Shown here: positions 61,071 to 64,000 of the stretch, piece after piece
How the letters are laid out: each line of letters begins with the position of its first letter
How positions within the stretch are numbered: position 1 is the stretch's first letter
DNA from: Psammoneis japonica
Taxonomy: Eukaryota
Direction of reading: 5' to 3'
Assembly (NCBI GenBank): GCA_008632985.1
Contig: QPGO01000128.1
Coordinates: forward strand, 124,001 to 188,000
Length of the DNA: 64,000 bases
The notes under the pieces: model-generated
Seen by the model: the letters and a program-made list of their open reading frames with translations, nothing else
What the model was told of the DNA's origin: nothing
The model's database searches: none
Made by a program: the position numbers and the translations under genes

Positions 61071-63058
61071 TCAACTGGTCAAACGAGCCTGCTGGGCATT
61101 GATCTGCCGCTGGAGTTCATCGACTTGAGCTTGCATCACCACAACTGTGCTGTCTGCATCCTCAGCTTCCGCCAGAATTGAACATTGGGAAAAGCTAATG
61201 TCGTCACACGTTGCCCTCTCAAGAGTTGCCAGTTGAGCTTGAAGGGCCTCAATTTGAGCTCGCAAATCCTCTCTGGTGGGTGCAAGTCCAGCTTGAACAA
61301 CAGCAGGTCGTGCTTGATGGGATTGAACATTTGCACCACACACGGAAGGAGGAGGCTCGTCCTCACGTCGTGTCAGATCATGCCGCACAGTTCTCTGTCC
61401 AGATGTCGCATGCGTGCCAGGAGCAATGACTTGTCGTGGATCCTCTTGTGCAACCACAGGCTCCTGTTGAATGGTCACAGTGTGAATTGGTGGTGGCTCT
61501 TGCTCTCCTTGATTGGCCACCTCTTCTTGAATCGGTTGTGGGCTTGTGATCTGAACGGCAGACGAAACCATTGGCTGCTGCGATTCTTCACTTTGGCTGG
61601 GCTCTGCAGACAAATTGACTGACCGCTGCATCTCTTCCCGGTGGCCAGGCTCAGCAGGTTGTTCCAAAGGGGCTTCGTTTTCACTGCTGTCAATGCCATG
61701 CTCACCGGTGCAGCATGCATGCAGACAAAAGGTCATTTTTGTCACGCCCTTTGTGACATTTAAAGGCTGCAACACGTCGCCGTGATGCATTGGCTCTTGT
61801 CAGCAGCTGTGTGTTGCACTCCTCCCCATGTGTCACGCGTCCATGCGGCTCTTTTCCAACGTGCACTGACACTGCACGGTTTTGGTGGAACAGTGTGGGT
61901 ACGCACGAAGGAACACACAGAACTGCACAGAGTTTTGCGCGTTCGACAGTGATCAACGTTGCTGCAGACAACTCCCACTCAGGGTTTCGAACCCCTGGCC
62001 TCCTGCCCAATGGTTGCGATGTGCCACTCTGCTGTGAATTCACAACGCAGCATGCATGCAGACAAAAGGTTGTTTTTGTCACGCCCTTTGTGACATTTAA
62101 AGGCTGTAACACGTCGCCGTGACACACCAACTCTTGTCAGCAGCTGCATGTTGCACCGGGCTTTGCTGCTGGGGCTTGAACATTTCTTGCTTGACACGAT
62201 CGTTTCTTGTGGAAAAAGAACATGGCCCCAATGGTGGCTGCACTTGACACGGCAACCACCACGGCAATGACTGCAGAATTGACTCCACCCGAATGTTCAT
62301 CGGGACTCGTTGAAGGGAAAAATGTTGGTTCACACGAGGGAGAACTGGTGGGTTCCATGGTCGAAACACACCTGTTGGCCATTTTGTTGGGCTCACAGAT
62401 GGTGTTTTTGCAGGTGCAACAAAAGGAACAAAACTGGAGGGTGATGTTGGAAAAAAGCTTGGAGGGTCAGTTCCCTCAACAACTTTTGATTCGACATGAA
62501 AGGCTTCCAGCACATCGGTCAAGCCCGCTTCATTTGGCCTGTCCATGGGTTCGTCCAGATCAAAGTTGACTTCGTCACGATGTTCTCTTGGCAACCAACT
62601 TGCATTTGTGTGAAACAATTTGTAAGATGCTGCACAATCCACTTCCAATGCCAGTTCCTGAAGTCCCCTGCTGGCAAGAGAGTGGGTCAAGGTGCGACGA
62701 ATGCGTTCAACCCAGTGTGGTTCCATCCAGAGATGCCTCCGTGTGATTCCACCACGTCTGATTGAGAAACAAATGCTGTCACATTGATGCGGTCTTCAAC
62801 TGCAATGTCAGGGGCACAGCCTGCCACCATGGATTCAAACATCTTTTTTTCCGTTTCATTGAAGGGACGCACATCTCCCATTTGGAGCTGCTGTTTGAAC
62901 GATCCGCGGGGCCGCTGCACAAATTCAAAGGTTGGCACCACCGTTGGAGAGTAAGACGGTGTCGGTGACGGAGCCAAGGTCTGACTTTTTGAGTGCGAAG
63001 TGATGAAACCGATCAGAAAAACTCTGTTGAATAAAACGCGGGACAACATCTTGGCCAT
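61071..63058 (-). pseudogene. eroded type-I membrane protein gene (signal peptide, P/T stalk, TM, cytosolic tail)
   Basis: MAKMLSRVLFNRVFLIGFIT..APSPTPSYSPT; TM VIAVVVAVSSAATIGAMFFF; several frameshifts; TA-depleted except at the 5' end. Confidence 0.6.
61820..62046 (-). mobile_element. putative tRNA-derived SINE between 110 bp direct repeats (61710-61819, 62047-62156)
   Basis: Minus-strand B box GGTTCGAAACCC (61982-61993) and A-box-like CAGCAGAGTGG (62024-62034), 30 nt apart. Confidence 0.5.
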
Positions 63059-63555
63059 CAAAGAGAAAGGTTCACGATTCCTCCCTTTGGCTTGTTGGAA
63101 GTCGTGTCAGTTGGTGCAGTGGGGCAATCGTTTGCGATGCCAAAGTTGGGTCTCGGAGTGCGTCTCGGCGGTGCTTCACGGAGAGTGTGAGAGAGTTACG
63201 ATGAACGACGAACCACGACCATGTCACAGCGGGATGATGCGGATAATGGATGCGAACGCGAATCCAGAATCGGATCGAACTCACAATGCGCAGGGAGCGC
63301 AAATTGTGACGGCGAGAAGAAGGAAACGAGCCTTCTCAAAGTTATTTTATACGTAGTTGAATATATAATATACCGGCGTGATAAAGTGTCGATTTCGTTG
63401 CTTTATCATTGCAACCTGGTATTCCCTAACCAATAAAAAAAATCGCAACAGACTCAAAACCATCATCATCTTTAGATCGGTGTTGTTGCTGTTGTTATTG
63501 CTGTCGTCGTCGCCATACATACCTTACACTAACACTGCTCCACCCTCACACAATC

Positions 63556-64000
63556 ATGTCGTCACTACTTTTGGAAGATTCTCCTTGCGGCTTACCGCAC
63601 GAATTGTGGCATGCCATTTGCGAATATGTGGCAACCGAAGTTTCGGTGCTGTGTTCTCTGGATGCGACTTGCACTTATTTTCGACACCTTCTCACCGATA
63701 CATTTTGGAATGCATTGTCTACCCTAAAATTCGGAACGACACGGGGAAACAAGCGAGCGTATATTTCCGGCATGGCTTTGACTTGTTTGCCACCCACGAA
63801 ACAACAATACGACGGGGCGCTGGTTGGTGGAGATGTAAGCTCGCGAGCGGCATGCAGTGCGGCAAACAAGTCGATCGTGGCGATTGGTATTTATCCTCGA
63901 GCCCTTCGTGTTCGCGAAAACGATCGTACACATTATCCACTGCGCATCTTTTCTCCGAGAAAATGGAATGAATCGCTATTTCTATGGCAAAATGTATCAC
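63556..64000 (+). CDS. F-box protein, N-terminal part (runs off the window)
   Basis: Manual translation MSSLLLEDSPCGLPHELWHAICEYVATEVSVLCSLDATCTYFRHLLTDTFW; open to 64000. Confidence 0.7.
   Translation, partial: MSSLLLEDSPCGLPHELWHAICEYVATEVSVLCSLDATCTYFRHLLTDTFWNALSTLKFGTTRGNKRAYISGMALTCLPPTKQQYDGALVGGDVSSRAACSAANKSIVAIGIYPRALRVRENDRTHYPLRIFSPRKWNESLFLWQNVS

Noticed and set aside
61970..62046. Functional tRNA gene
   Set aside because: No convincing acceptor or anticodon stems; only box-like motifs
63378..63971. 197 aa plus-strand ORF in the track
   Set aside because: A different frame starting at 63556 gives an F-box motif and stays open to the window end

Overview
Eukaryotic nuclear DNA, most likely a diatom (short GT-AG introns of about 85-120 nt, CoDi-type Copia, RNase H-bearing LINE). 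The window alternates between two sequence states. (1) Ordinary gene islands: proteasome RPT6, two tandem sterol-glucosyltransferase paralogues, a beta-propeller membrane protein, a LamG protein, GST-zeta, CCA-adding enzyme, a SEC20-like SNARE, two membrane-protein paralogues, a MED11-like gene and an F-box gene. (2) About 35 kb of transposon and pseudogene domains in which TpA is almost absent. Protein motifs and comparisons between duplicated copies inside the window show that these domains underwent near-saturating A->G transitions at 5'-TAY-3' on both strands (TAY->TGY, RTA->RCA). YTAR (TTAA, CTAG, TTAG, CTAA) is largely spared, and CpG->TpG/CpA decay is added in the older domains. Conserved Tyr codons of the Copia, LINE and helicase become Cys or His. 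This is the mirror image of fungal RIP and is the main candidate for an undescribed repeat- or heterochromatin-targeted mutator. No responsible enzyme is identifiable in the window. Several 1-nt homopolymer deletions in good genes suggest residual assembly errors, so read-level checks are needed. All counts and alignments were done by eye.
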